DNA from: an uncultured Saprospiraceae bacterium
Lineage (GTDB): Bacteria; Bacteroidota; Bacteroidia; Chitinophagales; Saprospiraceae
Direction of reading: 5' to 3'
DNA: 64,000 nt
NCBI GenBank assembly: GCA_964589365.1
Contig: CAZPTQ010000002.1
Span: 4,746 to 68,745 of the forward strand
Notes under the pieces: model-generated
The model's database searches: none
Told to the model about the DNA's origin: nothing
Seen by the model: the letters and a program-made list of their open reading frames with translations, nothing else
In this document: positions 62,822 to 64,000 of the stretch, piece after piece
Position numbering within the stretch: position 1 is the stretch's first letter
Layout: every line of letters begins with the position of its first letter
Position numbers and translations under genes: made by a program

Positions 62822-63490
62822 ATGATCATCAAACACATACTTTTTGACAATGACGGCACCATCGTTGATTCGGAGATTGTTGCCGCTCGTATTATGTTGA
62901 GGCTTCTTGCCCAACATGGTTTGCAGCTCTCGGAGCGCGACTACAACATGCGCTTCCCAGGGCTCAGAACCCGTGATATTGTGACTACACTTCAAGAAGA
63001 GGTAGGTTTTAGTCCACCTGCTGATTTTATCCAGCAAATACACGCTGAACACAAAGAGGCCTTTCACCGATCGCTCCGTGCCATAAAAGGGATGCCTACC
63101 TTGTTCCGAAACCTAAAAGTTCCGAAAAGCATGGTATCCAACGGGAGTATCCTACATGTAGAAAATTGCCTCCGGAAAGTACGCTTGCTCGGTTCTTTGA
63201 ATGGCCACATCTTCTCCGCGGAACAGGTGAACAACCCCAAACCATCGCCCGATGTCTATCTTTTTGCACTGGAAAAACTAGGGCTTTCAGCCCACGAAAC
63301 CTTGGTAGTAGAAGACAGTGTAACTGGGGTTTTTGCTGCAAAAAGTGCTGGTATTCAGGTAGTTGGTTTCTTAGGAGCTACACACATCCATGACGGGCAT
63401 GGACAAAAACTTTGGGAGGCGGGTGCCGATTTCGTAGTGCCTGATGCCAAGGGTCTTGCCCTATTGTTGAAAAAAAAAGATGTTTATTGA
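62822..63490 (+). CDS. HAD-IA family hydrolase (phosphatase / beta-phosphoglucomutase-like)
   Basis: 222 aa. ILFDNDGTIVDSE (DxD motif), SNGS, VVEDSVTGVFAAKSAG. Confidence 0.9.
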   Translation: MIIKHILFDNDGTIVDSEIVAARIMLRLLAQHGLQLSERDYNMRFPGLRTRDIVTTLQEEVGFSPPADFIQQIHAEHKEAFHRSLRAIKGMPTLFRNLKVPKSMVSNGSILHVENCLRKVRLLGSLNGHIFSAEQVNNPKPSPDVYLFALEKLGLSAHETLVVEDSVTGVFAAKSAGIQVVGFLGATHIHDGHGQKLWEAGADFVVPDAKGLALLLKKKDVY

Positions 63491-63781
63491 AAAAATAATC
63501 CCTAAAAAACTTGACAGTTTCAAATATTTTTCCGGCCTTTGCAACAGTTTTCATTTGGTTTTTTGGGGTTTATTAGCCGTCAGTCGCGCAAGCGTTCTGG
63601 CGGCTTTTTTTTACCCGTCGAAGATTTCCCGCCTCCACCAGGCCGAAAACGATTGTTGGCAAAAGGGGGGGTGGTATAGTTGTTCTCAGCTACTTTGGAT
63701 CTGTAAAAAATTTCCGTCCTTTGCCTACCCAATGAGCCAACCTTTTTCATTGCGAAGCGTTTTACCCTAAATTTTTTCACT

Positions 63782-64000
63782 GTGCAATTGACCGAACAAC
63801 TGGATGTAATCATTTATAGGGTGCGCGAAAACGGCCTTGAAGTGTTTTTGGTGAACCAAGAAAGTGATGGTTCGCTTACTGCGCCTTTTGCAAGTGATGC
63901 TCCACCAGACAAGCTTGCTGCCTATTGTATTGAACTCGACCCTGTGGCCGATGCCAATGGCGAAACGCGCAAAGCCATCGCCATAGAAGCTGATTGGCAT
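63782..64000 (+). CDS. hypothetical protein, N-terminal fragment (runs off the right window edge)
   Basis: The frame is open from the stop at 63704-63706 to the window end. The first start candidate is the GTG at 63782 (VQLTEQLDVIIYRVRENGLEVFLVNQESDG...). It is not in the track because it is truncated by the edge. Confidence 0.4.
   Translation, partial: MQLTEQLDVIIYRVRENGLEVFLVNQESDGSLTAPFASDAPPDKLAAYCIELDPVADANGETRKAIAIEADWH

Overview
This is a 64-kb chromosomal window, about 50% GC by eye. It most likely comes from a Bacteroidota genome. The supporting signs are a PorQ-like T9SS gene, a large cargo protein with a T9SS C-terminal sorting domain, DUF6089, DUF4271 and DUF2141 type genes, and TAnnTTTG -7 promoter boxes. 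All product names come from motif and family recognition in the translated ORFs; no database search was run.

I can support about 50 protein genes, mostly housekeeping or envelope functions: typA, queA, lpxK, murQ, tatC, PBP1A, polyprenyl synthase, DPP-IV, two Na+/solute symporters, an ABC exporter, an ECF sigma factor and a BamA-like protein. There are also two tRNAs (Phe-GAA and Cys-GCA), several rho-independent terminators, and three or four decayed genes: a frameshifted lipoprotein gene, an SRPBCC gene with an in-frame TAA, and a 32-codon RibD_C remnant. The leftmost gene (1..2850, minus strand) is missing from the ORF track because it runs off the window edge.

The best candidate for a novel system is a visibly AT-rich two-gene insertion at 21.7-23.2 kb. 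It encodes an ABC/AAA_21-type ATPase whose Walker B acidic residues are replaced (FFAIDNIDNPLNP). This is tightly coupled to a 135-aa protein with a Toprim-like E...DxD pattern (AEGPTD ... IDTD). The architecture recalls the OLD, PARIS (AriAB), RloAB and DUF4276 ATPase-nuclease defence pairs, but it is miniaturised and cannot be assigned to a named system from the sequence alone.

The window also carries several families of short palindromic or tandem repeats:
- GGGGATTTGG/CCAAAT-type elements sharing a CAAGCTTGG..CTCGAATAACCAAAT core.
- A CACGGAT-type palindrome.
- A 40-bp-stem hairpin.
- A perfect 29-bp hairpin.
- A G-rich ~30-nt hairpin element inserted in frame in two unrelated enzyme genes.

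No CRISPR array, rRNA, transposase or integrase was seen.
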